Source: a virus (taxonomy: Duplodnaviria > Heunggongvirae > Uroviricota > Caudoviricetes). From it: DNA of 64,000 nt. The notes below the pieces were generated by a model that had not been told where the DNA came from, did no database searches, and was given only the letters and a program-made list of their open reading frames with translations. Where the stretch lies: IMG/VR virus record IMGVR_UViG_3300021400_002728, positions 261,154 through 325,153 of that record, one strand, 5' to 3'. Both the position numbers and the translations under genes were made by a program. Each line of letters begins with the position of its first letter. The stretch's first letter is position 1. Shown here in pieces: positions 10,106 to 20,565 of this stretch.

Positions 10106-12835
10106 TTATTTTTGATTCTTCTCACTAATAGGTACAATAACTGATCTTCCACTAGTAGCATCATATACAATTACTCTCTTGATATGTAAATCACTTCTCT
10201 TAGTAGATAGATAATGATATGCAAGAACTTGTCTTATATATCCTTCACCTATACAACCAGTAACCTTAATATCAAGAATTGTATCTTCAGTTATATAGTC
10301 AGCAAGACCTGCTATATGTGAAATAGATAAGTTTGGATCACAACAATTTGTTATATTTCCATCTGGATATAAAGTTTGCTTAACAAACTCTGCAACTTGC
10401 TTACCTTTAGATACTACTAACTTAACAAAGTATCTATAGTTGTCTTGAATAAGTGTACTTACTGATACTGACTTAATCAAAGCTCCTAATGATGTACTAC
10501 TATATGATTTAGCCATGTTTTCCTTATATTTCTGTACACATGCCTTGATGATAATACCATCATTTACAGTGTCAGACTTAGATTCTTGCATAGCTTTGTC
10601 TATATAATAACCTAAGAACTCATCACCATAAACTAAATACTTGGAATAGTACTCAACACAATATCCAAGCATAGAATTTACGCGTTTATCAATCTTGTAG
10701 TTATTCGAACCACTAAATAATTGATCTTTAGCAATTTCAAGCTCTTTTTCATATGTCATACTAAGATATTTGTTAAACTTATTATAATTACCTACTTTTG
10801 AACTAACTGCTTTTGTTTCAAACCATTGTGTTTTACCATCTACATTTGCAGCATGGAAAGATTCTACACCTAACATTGCGCTTTCATAATCATTTGTTTG
10901 TTTAGTGTATTCTTTATATAAATGAACTGCATTAAGCGGTGCTTTCTTATCATATACTGGTTGTAGATTATGTTCAATAAGGTTTATATCAAAATCTGTA
11001 CAGCGTTTCTTATACTTATTCAAATTATATGGATCAATCTGACATCTTAGAATAACTACAACATCTTGATTAGATAAATCTTGTTCAATTGCATCAAGAT
11101 TATCATTAACCTCTTCAATAATCATTTCAATATCTGTATCATCTATATTACTGATTTTGATATTTTTCATTGAACGTTCTACTAATGCGAAGAAATGATC
11201 TATATCTGCATAACCAATTTTAACTGTACTTAAATCTAAATTTTCAATGGCTTCTTTATTTTGTAGCTGTCTACGTAACTTAAAATTGACGAATGTATAA
11301 TTCTTAATCTCACGTCCATCATAATTTAGATTTACATACTTTTTGATATTATGTTTAGTGATATTTGGTCGTTTAGACTTGAAATAATCTAATACATCTT
11401 GGTCGAAAGGAATAGTAATTTTACATGCCTTTACACCATTCATAGAATAATATAGATTAGTCTTTCTATATTCAATACGACCTGTACCTTCATCAAAATA
11501 TCCTTCAGTATCAGTTACTAAGAAATGCTCAAAATCTTTACATAATACTTTTCGATATTCACCATCACTATCTATTGTATAGATACATGGTTGAACAGTT
11601 TTATGTTGATCTGAATAAAATTCTGTAAGAGGTTTAACTACATTAAAACCATATTTAGGATCTTTTACAATTTTGTACTTACCAGTTTTACCTTGAAGTT
11701 CAATAATATAAAGACCATTAGCCATTCTACCATTTTCAACTTCAACTGTTCTATTTGCTTTGATAGCTTGACAAGATATAATATTGCAGAATGCATACTG
11801 AAGTTCACCAGCTTCATCTTCACTAATTTGAAACTTTTCATTGTAATATACATAACATTCTACTGTATCATGTAACAGTTTCTTATTCTTAGGATTACAT
11901 ATATCAATTCCAGTTCCAGGATAGTTATTATTAGGATTAGGGAACTCATTGTATAAAAGAGCATTTCTTCTACAACGACCAATAACCTGAATAGTAGTCT
12001 TTACATTACCGGGTTGGTTATCCATATAAAGAACATGTGCTCTTTTAATGTTGATTCCTTCTACAATCTTAAATTTATTGATAATAACATCATATTCATT
12101 ATCATCTCTACAAATATCTGCCATATCATAAGCTTCATCTGTAATATTGATTACTTTTAGCTTATACTTTTTACAAATAATATCAAGTCTTGACATAATT
12201 TCTGGATCATCTTTAACACATCTGAAAATAGCACATGGATTGTAGTTAGGCACATTTTTATGCTGTTTCTTTACTTCCATCAATTTTTCAATAGCTTGCT
12301 CAGGTGTACCAACTTGTTGATTAACTGTACGAAGCATAAGTGTATCAGTAAAGTTACAATCAATAGCCGGATCTAAAATAGGCGTAGCTGAAAAATTGAT
12401 TACTTTGTAGCAAACTTTTTCAAGTAATTCATCATAACGGTTAGTTTTTATATGACCTTCATCACGAATCCATATACACTTAGTATCTTTAGGAATCTTA
12501 GCAATTATTTCATCTGCCTGAAGTTTACTGTTTAGTCTAAAGTCCGCAGTACCATATACAAACCAATTATCTTGCTTACAATCATCTTTTAGATCAGATC
12601 TAGTTTGATGTTGTAAACCACCTTTAGAAAGAGTAGTTACAATGAAATAGTAATTAGGAAACTTATTGATAAGTTTACTCATCATTTTAGTCTTACCTGT
12701 ACCAGTATTTGACTTAAAATCTACTCTTTTCATTTTAGTCCATAAAGGACTATCAATAATTTCAGATAACTCATTGATATATTCATCTTGTATCTGATTG
12801 ATTTTAGCAAATTCTTCCTTCTTTGATAAACTCAT
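10106..12835 (-). CDS. SF2 helicase (type III Res-like) fused to C-terminal PD-(D/E)XK nuclease
   Basis: TGTGKT, DEGH, SAT, QVIGRCRR; C-terminal ADY..LDIK..QVLAY. Confidence 0.75.
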   Translation of the reverse strand: MSLSKKEEFAKINQIQDEYINELSEIIDSPLWTKMKRVDFKSNTGTGKTKMMSKLINKFPNYYFIVTTLSKGGLQHQTRSDLKDDCKQDNWFVYGTADFRLNSKLQADEIIAKIPKDTKCIWIRDEGHIKTNRYDELLEKVCYKVINFSATPILDPAIDCNFTDTLMLRTVNQQVGTPEQAIEKLMEVKKQHKNVPNYNPCAIFRCVKDDPEIMSRLDIICKKYKLKVINITDEAYDMADICRDDNEYDVIINKFKIVEGINIKRAHVLYMDNQPGNVKTTIQVIGRCRRNALLYNEFPNPNNNYPGTGIDICNPKNKKLLHDTVECYVYYNEKFQISEDEAGELQYAFCNIISCQAIKANRTVEVENGRMANGLYIIELQGKTGKYKIVKDPKYGFNVVKPLTEFYSDQHKTVQPCIYTIDSDGEYRKVLCKDFEHFLVTDTEGYFDEGTGRIEYRKTNLYYSMNGVKACKITIPFDQDVLDYFKSKRPNITKHNIKKYVNLNYDGREIKNYTFVNFKLRRQLQNKEAIENLDLSTVKIGYADIDHFFALVERSMKNIKISNIDDTDIEMIIEEVNDNLDAIEQDLSNQDVVVILRCQIDPYNLNKYKKRCTDFDINLIEHNLQPVYDKKAPLNAVHLYKEYTKQTNDYESAMLGVESFHAANVDGKTQWFETKAVSSKVGNYNKFNKYLSMTYEKELEIAKDQLFSGSNNYKIDKRVNSMLGYCVEYYSKYLVYGDEFLGYYIDKAMQESKSDTVNDGIIIKACVQKYKENMAKSYSSTSLGALIKSVSVSTLIQDNYRYFVKLVVSKGKQVAEFVKQTLYPDGNITNCCDPNLSISHIAGLADYITEDTILDIKVTGCIGEGYIRQVLAYHYLSTKRSDLHIKRVIVYDATSGRSVIVPISEKNQK

Positions 12836-12847
12836 AATTCCTTTCCT

Positions 12848-13630
12848 CTATTCATCTGCATCTTCTAACTCATTATTAAGTATCTGATTACTTAATTTTG
12901 TAGATTTAGATTTAGCTTGTACTTCTTCTGCCTGTGTTATATAGTCTGTTCCATATTTCTTTTTAACACCTTGCTTATACTCTTCTTTTCCTTTTTCAGA
13001 TTTCATATTATGGCCAGTTCCGTAGTGTTTTATATAAGTTTGTTTACATTTTTCTTTAACTATATCAGATTGAAAAGGATTTTCAACACCATAATGATCT
13101 AATGTAGTTTGTTTACGTTTCTCTTTTGCAGATTCAATCTGTCCAGTATAATCTACACCATAAGTTTGTTGTATAGTAGAAATTCGTATAGACTCATATT
13201 CAGCAGTCTTCTGATATTCATATTGGCAAGCTCTACTACATGTTTTATTATATCCAGTCATAATAGTTCCAAATTTAGTAGGTTTTCCGCAGATTCTACA
13301 CACACCTTCTTTAAGAAACTTATCATAATAATCTTTTGTAGTAAGTCCATGTTTTTTACAATGACTTGGCATACCTAAAGCATTAGTTTCTTGACCACAT
13401 ATTCTACAAATTATCTTTTGTGATTGATTCTTACATGACTTACATAGTTTATGATAACCATTAGATAGGCTAATAAAGTCCGCTTCTTTTCCGCATTTTT
13501 CACAAATACCTTCAGATTCAGCTTTAATATACCTATCATAATATCTTTTATCACTTAAATGATGAGAAAAATGAATATGGTATGCAAAGCCTGCATCAGT
13601 AAATTCTTGATTACATATTTGACATATCAT
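12848..13630 (-). CDS. homing-endonuclease-like Zn-finger/KYG-repeat protein without nuclease domain
   Basis: Two copies of the Cys/His module, YG repeats, ends ELEDADE. Confidence 0.65.
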   Translation of the reverse strand: MICQICNQEFTDAGFAYHIHFSHHLSDKRYYDRYIKAESEGICEKCGKEADFISLSNGYHKLCKSCKNQSQKIICRICGQETNALGMPSHCKKHGLTTKDYYDKFLKEGVCRICGKPTKFGTIMTGYNKTCSRACQYEYQKTAEYESIRISTIQQTYGVDYTGQIESAKEKRKQTTLDHYGVENPFQSDIVKEKCKQTYIKHYGTGHNMKSEKGKEEYKQGVKKKYGTDYITQAEEVQAKSKSTKLSNQILNNELEDADE

Positions 13631-13642
13631 AATTATTTCTCC

Positions 13643-14491
13643 TTATTCATCTGGATCATCAATTTCAGAATCTAATTTTTTATTTTCATAGTGCTGTATT
13701 TGTTTAGATTTAGTTTTAACTTCACGTAGCATCAATATATTTTCTACACCATATTTTTCTTTATTAGTTTTACATATTTTATCTTTTATCTTTTTATTTT
13801 GCCCAACATATTCTACACCATATTTTTTCTTATTAGTATTTTTTATTTTTTCTCTAATTTCTGGCGCAGATAAACTATATTCAACTCCATATTTTTCTAA
13901 ATTATGTTGTTTTATTTTTTCTTTGACTTCTGGTATTGATAAATTACAGTTAACTCCATACTTGTCTAAAATAGTCTGTTTTGATTTTTTCTTAATCACT
14001 TCAGCTTGGCCTGCATATTCTACACCATACTTTTTAATATTAGTGTGTTTAATTTTTTCTTTAATACTATCTAATTGAAATGGATTTTCAGTTCCATACT
14101 TTTTAAGATTAGTTTTCTTACGTTTTTCTTTTGCATTTTTAGATTGACCTGCGTTTTTAACACCATACTTTTCTAAATTACACTTTTCCATTTTTATTTG
14201 TATTTCATTTGACTGCAATGCATGTTTGACTCCATAATTATTTAACATGCTCTGTTCTCTTTTTTCTCGATCAATTGGATTCAAATTTGAACATCTATTA
14301 CTACAATTACGTTTATATCCATAAAATAATCCATCAAAAGCTGTTTCTTTTCCACATACTTGACAAATACCTTCATTTGGTTGTTTTAGATATTTGTCAT
14401 AATAATCTTTTGTCGAAATACTATGTGTTCTTAAATGATTTATAGCACCTTTTTTAGTATTAAATTCTTTTCCGCAAATCTCACACTTCAT
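13643..14491 (-). CDS. homing-endonuclease-like Zn-finger/KYG-repeat protein without nuclease domain
   Basis: Cys/His module plus about 8 KYGV-type repeats, ends EIDDPDE. Confidence 0.65.
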   Translation of the reverse strand: MKCEICGKEFNTKKGAINHLRTHSISTKDYYDKYLKQPNEGICQVCGKETAFDGLFYGYKRNCSNRCSNLNPIDREKREQSMLNNYGVKHALQSNEIQIKMEKCNLEKYGVKNAGQSKNAKEKRKKTNLKKYGTENPFQLDSIKEKIKHTNIKKYGVEYAGQAEVIKKKSKQTILDKYGVNCNLSIPEVKEKIKQHNLEKYGVEYSLSAPEIREKIKNTNKKKYGVEYVGQNKKIKDKICKTNKEKYGVENILMLREVKTKSKQIQHYENKKLDSEIDDPDE

Positions 14492-14499
14492 ATAATTAC

Positions 14500-15150
14500 C
14501 TACTTCTTAATTGATTTCTTTAAGATCTTATTATAATCATCTAAAGTTTTAATACAATAAGAAATACTATATTCTAAATCACTAAAGCTTAGTGCAAACC
14601 ATTTTTGATACAATGTATTTCCATTATTTTTAGTAGGATAAACTTTTAAGTAGATATACGATTTATTTTTAGATGGTTTATTATTACAGCCTTTTATAGA
14701 TAAATATATTATATCATTTGGTTGTCTTATAAATTTAGACCAAGTAGAATAAATATCTGTTAATATATAAGTTCCATCTAATCCAAACTTAGGATGTCGA
14801 TTAGTTTCAAGTGGATGAGCTACAATAAACGAACGTATTGCTATTACAAATTTATGTATCTCATTATACTTACTAGACGTAATTAAATTTATACTAAATG
14901 TGTCATTTAATTCTTTATAAATACAATCAACTGCTTCAATTGCCCACCATGTATACGTAACTGCTGCTAATATATCTGATCTGCTTAAATCCTCTATAGA
15001 TTTTTTAATTATTTCATCAAAATCATTACATATATGACTAAGTTGTTCCAAATAATTTTGAGAATTATAATTAGACTCACCTAATGTCTTACTAAGTCGA
15101 TCATTTATTTTTTCTTTATTATGAAATACCATCCATTCATCTTTTAACAT
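14500..15150 (-). CDS. hypothetical protein, possible HEPN-like
   Basis: Helical N-half with RSFIVAH (Rx5H). Confidence 0.4.
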   Translation of the reverse strand: MLKDEWMVFHNKEKINDRLSKTLGESNYNSQNYLEQLSHICNDFDEIIKKSIEDLSRSDILAAVTYTWWAIEAVDCIYKELNDTFSINLITSSKYNEIHKFVIAIRSFIVAHPLETNRHPKFGLDGTYILTDIYSTWSKFIRQPNDIIYLSIKGCNNKPSKNKSYIYLKVYPTKNNGNTLYQKWFALSFSDLEYSISYCIKTLDDYNKILKKSIKK

Positions 15151-15220
15151 ATATTACCTCTCTTAGAATTAAAAATAAAAGAGGCAACTAGAAGTTACCT
15201 CCTTATTATAATTAAATAGT

Positions 15221-15688
15221 TCAAATTACCATTGATGTTTTAGTCCATTCAACCAGTTCGATATTATGTTCCTTAAACCATCTAATTAGTCCAGTTCTTT
15301 CTGAACATGGATTATCTGGTTTTTCATACACTATAAAACAAACATCTTGAGTATTGTATTGAGTGTTGAGTTCTTTAAGCTTATCAACAATTTGTGTAAA
15401 ATCAAGTGTATCTAAATGGTTGTTATATTTCTTTAAGAAATTACATGAATCTGGAGTATGTTTGCAAGGTGTACCTTTTTGAGGACAGTCATTTTCTGGA
15501 TCATATAAAGATATTGGTGCAAACTCATCCATTCTAACACCATTTACTACATTTCGTTTATCTCTGAATACGACATTAGATTTACCAAAATTATGAAACC
15601 ATTTTGGATCCCATGCTGCAGTAGATACTGGAAGCAAGTTTTCAGGAAAAAATCTAATGTTATAAAAGTATGATATATAAATGTTCAT
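15221..15688 (-). CDS. DUF488-like phage protein
   Basis: IYISYF...YEKP..CSER..LIRWF pattern. Confidence 0.5.
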   Translation of the reverse strand: MNIYISYFYNIRFFPENLLPVSTAAWDPKWFHNFGKSNVVFRDKRNVVNGVRMDEFAPISLYDPENDCPQKGTPCKHTPDSCNFLKKYNNHLDTLDFTQIVDKLKELNTQYNTQDVCFIVYEKPDNPCSERTGLIRWFKEHNIELVEWTKTSMVI

Positions 15689-15704
15689 AATTAGATTTCC
15701 TTCC

Positions 15705-16775
15705 TTACAAATTTGCTAAATTCACATTTTTATAAGACTCATCGTCTGTTACTTCTTTGATTACCTCTATCTCCTTAGGAATAGAGATTTCATCATCTTC
15801 TTTAGAAAGTTCAATTTCAAGAATTGCTTCGTCTTTCCAGAAAGGATATACATCAAGCTCTAAGTAACAGTTATTGTAAGTCATACAATATCTAGTCTTA
15901 CGAATCTGATGTTTTGAGGTATCAGCATTCATAAGTTCTGCAAGATATTCATCTTTAGATAGTCTTCTTTCAAGCTCAAGTCTCTTAATATCAGATACTT
16001 TACGCTTAGTAGTCTTAGTATAGATATAATTACCATCTTTACCTCTCTGACGAACTCTAACTTCTTCATTAGGTTCACTATTAAGATATGTCTGAATAAT
16101 TTCTACCTTTTCTACATTAGGTAAAGATTCTAACCATTTAATATTAGGATATTTGATTAAGAACTTTCTTTCAATTTCAAATGGTTCAGGTTCACCTAAG
16201 AAAGCTGTAATCTCTTTCAAAAGTCTCTTAATCTTTTCATCAAAATAAGTACTATTATCAATTACTCTAAAATGAGGATGACCTGTCCAAGATTCAAGAA
16301 GAGCATCATCTGCCTTAGCTGCTTCTTCAGGAGTTTCTCTTCTTGCTGCATTATTAGCAGTAGTATAGAATTCTGCTGCACCTTTAGCTGCAGTTACTAA
16401 GTGGAATACTGCATCATAATGATCTCTTAATTCAATCTCAGTAGTATTAAATTCTTTTAAGAGATTCTCCCATTCATCTTTAGACATATAACCTTTGCTA
16501 TCAAGAGCACCTCTGTCAAGAACTATAATAACCTTGCCACCAATATCATTAGCATAATCATCATAGATACGTTCTTTTTGTAACTGATAATCTAACAAGT
16601 GCTTCTGGAAGTTTGGATCCATAGGACTAACTCCACTGGTCATAATTTCTGTGGCAGATTCAGCTATAAATAATACTCTATAGCCTAGCTGTCCCAGTTC
16701 AGACTGAATTCTACTCATAGCAGTAGACTTACCTGCACATGGACCACCTGTAATAACAATTTTAGTTACACTCAT
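15705..16775 (-). CDS. P-loop kinase-like (AAA_28) + CYTH domain protein
   Basis: TGGPCAGKS, LDRG; C-terminal EIERKFL, RVRQR, IRKTR, LEIE. Confidence 0.85.
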   Translation of the reverse strand: MSVTKIVITGGPCAGKSTAMSRIQSELGQLGYRVLFIAESATEIMTSGVSPMDPNFQKHLLDYQLQKERIYDDYANDIGGKVIIVLDRGALDSKGYMSKDEWENLLKEFNTTEIELRDHYDAVFHLVTAAKGAAEFYTTANNAARRETPEEAAKADDALLESWTGHPHFRVIDNSTYFDEKIKRLLKEITAFLGEPEPFEIERKFLIKYPNIKWLESLPNVEKVEIIQTYLNSEPNEEVRVRQRGKDGNYIYTKTTKRKVSDIKRLELERRLSKDEYLAELMNADTSKHQIRKTRYCMTYNNCYLELDVYPFWKDEAILEIELSKEDDEISIPKEIEVIKEVTDDESYKNVNLANL

Positions 16776-16821
16776 TTTTTAACTTCCTTTCTTAATCAAG
16801 ATTCTTTTATTTCTTCTATTT

Positions 16822-17508
16822 TTAATTCATTTCAGGATCCCATTCATTTGGATGAAGTGACCATGCGCCTTCTGAACCATATGCATAGACAAAGTAAAAA
16901 CATTTATCTTCTGAATTATATCTAACATTAGTAATACGTTTTTGAAGTTCTAATTCAGTAAGTTTTGCAGTTAATAATGCGTAGCGAGTTTTATCATCAG
17001 CTTTCTGGAACTTTTCACTGTCAGATACTTCCTGTAATTCTTCATTTACATCTCCCATATCTTCAAGGAGTTCTTCATCAGTTCCATCAATCATTTTAAC
17101 TTCAAAACCATCAATTGGTTTAGCAACAGGATCATCAAGTTCAATTATATGATTGATACTTAATTCAGTCCAACCATTATCTTTACCTATCTGAATAACT
17201 TCTTGTAAGTCTTTATCAGTAGTAAAAGTAGCTACACCATTTGCAAATTCAACTAATGTAATATCATATAATTCTGCAATATCTTCGGCTTCTGCCTGTG
17301 AGTCAGCTAAACACATTAGTTCAGCTCCTTCTACAACCGGTTGTTGGAATACATCACCTATAGGTGTAAATGTTCCATCACCTTTAGAAGGTTTCCAGGT
17401 GACCTCTGGTGATCCATTCTCATCTAGCTTTAATGATATATTACCACCACATCCAACTAATCCAGTTAGACACATGGTAACTACTAGAAATAATACTAAA
17501 CGTTTCAT
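16822..17508 (-). CDS. lipoprotein
   Basis: Signal peptide with LVGC lipobox. Confidence 0.7.
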   Translation of the reverse strand: MKRLVLFLVVTMCLTGLVGCGGNISLKLDENGSPEVTWKPSKGDGTFTPIGDVFQQPVVEGAELMCLADSQAEAEDIAELYDITLVEFANGVATFTTDKDLQEVIQIGKDNGWTELSINHIIELDDPVAKPIDGFEVKMIDGTDEELLEDMGDVNEELQEVSDSEKFQKADDKTRYALLTAKLTELELQKRITNVRYNSEDKCFYFVYAYGSEGAWSLHPNEWDPEMN

Positions 17509-17513
17509 TGCAT

Positions 17514-19289
17514 TTACTCCTTTTCAAAATACTTTTTAACAAAATCATAAGTAGCCACAATAAGTTTTTCAGGATTGGTTCCATTAAAACTCATTCGTCT
17601 TTCAGATTCTGTTACTGATTCAACTTTATGTGCCAATGTATGGCTAATGAATCGAGTATTGATAACACAGAAATCTGAGTATTTTGCAACATCCACACCA
17701 GTACTAATATTATTTTTATCTACCTGATCTACATTAACCCAACCATACTCGTTGAGTTTACCAAGTAGTTCAGTTCTACCACCAACCATGAGAATCTTAA
17801 AGTCATTAAGCATAGCTACCATTTCTTCTAATGTAGTTGCGCTTATTTCTTCATCTTCTTCAAGGCTATCTTCATCAGTATAGAAGTCATCAATTCTCTT
17901 ATTGAGTTCAGAGTTCTTTTCTACTAGATCACTAATAGTTTTTGTCTTGTTCTCAATAATAGACTGAGCTTCAGCTAGCTGTTTCTTAAGTGATTCTATC
18001 TCTTCACTTTCAATATTTTTGCATTGACGTTCAGCATCTTTATATAGATTATGCTGACGCTCCACTTCTGCCATAAGTTTGTCATTAGAATCCTTAAGAG
18101 TAAGAATAGCATTAACATATTCTTGTTCACGATTTACCATTAATTTTGTTGAAGATAAGTAGAATAATTCACCAATAGCGGCAAACAAATTATAGATATT
18201 TGAATAATGCATATTGATGTTCTTATTATACTGAATCTGATCTATGTTATGACGATTCATAAATAAAACAACTTCCTCATAATAATGCTTCACAAACTTT
18301 TGACTATTGATTGTAAAGACAACATTATTAGGTTGATCATAAACAAACATATTTAATGTATTGAACTCAGCTTTTTGATTAAGTCCTTTGCCCTTTAATG
18401 CTTTAGACTGATTATCATCTCCTATACATGACTTAATCACTTTATCAATCTCTTTTATGATTCTGTCATCATGATAGGAAATTGCGGGAGTTCTTTCACA
18501 GTCAAATCCATAATTGTACAGTAATCTATAATACAAAGACCATACTAAGTAAATAGATATTCCTCTACAATCAGTGATTTTTCTTATTTTATCTGTACCG
18601 GGAATAGTGTATTCTATTGCCCCAAATTTAAGATCAGAATCTTTACTTAACCAAGGCTGTTTTACATCAAAATCAATATTTGGATTAAGATAATCACTAA
18701 ACATAGTAAGTAGACTTAAGTTAGTAAAACTTAATATGTCAAAAAATACTTCCCAATACGTCTGAGGATCAACTAACCATATTAGCATTAGCCAATCTGC
18801 ATACCTTAATAATGTCTGATGTCCAGACCGATCATAATGTGTCCTCATCATAAAATATAAGTTGAATGCCTCATTATAATCATTGCCTTCTTCAGCTAAA
18901 CTACTCATAACATCATAGATATTTTCTACATCTTCACAAGATGAAAATACATTATTGACACTACTTGTAAACATTGAACAAAACTGAGCAACACTACTAT
19001 GACAGTCATCTTCTTTAGCTGAACAAAGACCTAAATACAAAAGTTCCAAAATACCAATAGAATAAAGTCCGATATAATCAAGCTCAATAGCTTCATCATC
19101 TTTTGAGAAGATCTTCGGAACTATAGACATCTTGTCAGTATTTACTTTGACTTTGCTTAGATCTGCATACTCAAACTTACTACCAGTAACACAAAATTGA
19201 TTTCTAAATTTCATGTTACAACCAGGAATTTTTGTGCTGAGAAATTTCTCTTGGTCTGATAATTCTTCATTAAATTTGAGAATATTCAC
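17514..19289 (-). CDS. coiled-coil protein with C-terminal DUF2325-like domain
   Basis: KILMVGG...DFCVINTRFISH after a coiled coil. Confidence 0.55.
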   Translation of the reverse strand: MNILKFNEELSDQEKFLSTKIPGCNMKFRNQFCVTGSKFEYADLSKVKVNTDKMSIVPKIFSKDDEAIELDYIGLYSIGILELLYLGLCSAKEDDCHSSVAQFCSMFTSSVNNVFSSCEDVENIYDVMSSLAEEGNDYNEAFNLYFMMRTHYDRSGHQTLLRYADWLMLIWLVDPQTYWEVFFDILSFTNLSLLTMFSDYLNPNIDFDVKQPWLSKDSDLKFGAIEYTIPGTDKIRKITDCRGISIYLVWSLYYRLLYNYGFDCERTPAISYHDDRIIKEIDKVIKSCIGDDNQSKALKGKGLNQKAEFNTLNMFVYDQPNNVVFTINSQKFVKHYYEEVVLFMNRHNIDQIQYNKNINMHYSNIYNLFAAIGELFYLSSTKLMVNREQEYVNAILTLKDSNDKLMAEVERQHNLYKDAERQCKNIESEEIESLKKQLAEAQSIIENKTKTISDLVEKNSELNKRIDDFYTDEDSLEEDEEISATTLEEMVAMLNDFKILMVGGRTELLGKLNEYGWVNVDQVDKNNISTGVDVAKYSDFCVINTRFISHTLAHKVESVTESERRMSFNGTNPEKLIVATYDFVKKYFEKE

Positions 19290-19789
19290 TGTTTCCTCCT
19301 TTTAATATAAGTAACTAAATTCATAATAACTGTGATAATTCTACCAGCAGCTACTATGTATAAACCAGTTGCAGTATTATATATAAACCAGGCACTATTG
19401 CCGATTATATTACCGATTCTAAGTTTTTGTGTGGTATCGTAAAACCACATATAATAACATACATAGCACGGCATTAACATTGGAATTAATTGCCAAGCAT
19501 TCTCTATAGTCATTATTCCAACTACTATATGAACCATTATAAAGAAAATTGGAATAATTGGATGCCATTTCCTTGTTTTTATTTTATCTTTATATATATA
19601 TATGAATGATCTAACACAGATGATTATATAAAAATAGACTGTTGGCCAATCTTTATTTAATATATAACACAACATATTAGCAGTATTAAAAAGAAAAGTA
19701 ACTAAGAAAATATTTTTCTTTTTCTCAGTTGTCGCTATATAATACTGTATAATACATACTAGTATTTGTGCTAAGATTAATTTTATCAT
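19286..19789 (-). CDS. YgjV-like inner membrane protein
   Basis: Multiple TM helices, LR..WFIYN motif. Confidence 0.65.
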   Translation of the reverse strand: MIKLILAQILVCIIQYYIATTEKKKNIFLVTFLFNTANMLCYILNKDWPTVYFYIIICVRSFIYIYKDKIKTRKWHPIIPIFFIMVHIVVGIMTIENAWQLIPMLMPCYVCYYMWFYDTTQKLRIGNIIGNSAWFIYNTATGLYIVAAGRIITVIMNLVTYIKRRKQ

Positions 19790-19807
19790 ATTAACCTCTA
19801 TATTTAT

Positions 19808-19836
19808 ATAATAACATGTTTTATTGCATTTGTAAA
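19808..19836 (-). promoter_or_regulatory. sigma70-type promoter
   Basis: TTTACA-17-TATTAT. Confidence 0.65.
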
Positions 19837-19858
19837 TAATTTCCCTACCAAAAAATTG

Positions 19859-20485
19859 TTATCGGTTATCACAACTTACCAATAACAAGAATAAGTCTTT
19901 ATCTAAGTTATCTGTGCATAATATTTGATATGCGCTATACTTAGATTTAGCTTCTCTATATGGACGATCTTCTGTCATAGCATCATATCGATCACATAGA
20001 GATACAAGTCTAGTGGCAGTGCTAATCTCACAGATATTATCTGGATAGCCAGTACCATCAATACTCTCATGATGATGTAGTACGATGTCCTTAACCATAT
20101 CAGAAAATTGAACTTTGCATTCTGGAGTAGATGTGTTTTCTAATTCAATTAGTTTATTATACCCTAGTTTTGGATGTTCCATAAGGATGCGGACCTCTTC
20201 AATTGTTAATTCCTCCTTCTTATGCAACACCTCTTTTGGTATGTCTAATTTTCCAATATCATGTAACAGCGCTCCACGAATACAATCCATTCTGTTATCA
20301 ATCATATCCGCTCTCATGTTTTTACCAACTTGAGAATAGCAAATTTCCGCAGTCAAGTATGCTACGTTAAGCGAATGTCTAAACACCTCTGGTAATTCTT
20401 TTGACATTTTATGCATTATTCTCGCTATTCCTGGTTCAACTAAGATTCTAGCCACTAATAAGTTTGGTTGATCTTGGTTATTCAT
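19859..20485 (-). CDS. HD-GYP domain phosphodiesterase
   Basis: HSLNV, LLHDIGK, HHESIDGTGYP, DRYDAM..RPYR; start moved to the ATG with GGAG RBS. Confidence 0.88.
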   Translation of the reverse strand: MNNQDQPNLLVARILVEPGIARIMHKMSKELPEVFRHSLNVAYLTAEICYSQVGKNMRADMIDNRMDCIRGALLHDIGKLDIPKEVLHKKEELTIEEVRILMEHPKLGYNKLIELENTSTPECKVQFSDMVKDIVLHHHESIDGTGYPDNICEISTATRLVSLCDRYDAMTEDRPYREAKSKYSAYQILCTDNLDKDLFLLLVSCDNR

Positions 20486-20565
20486 GGTAATTCTCTCTCC
20501 TAAAATAAAAAATGGATGCAAGCCATGCAGACTTGCATCCATTTGATTATTGAGTTACTTACTTA

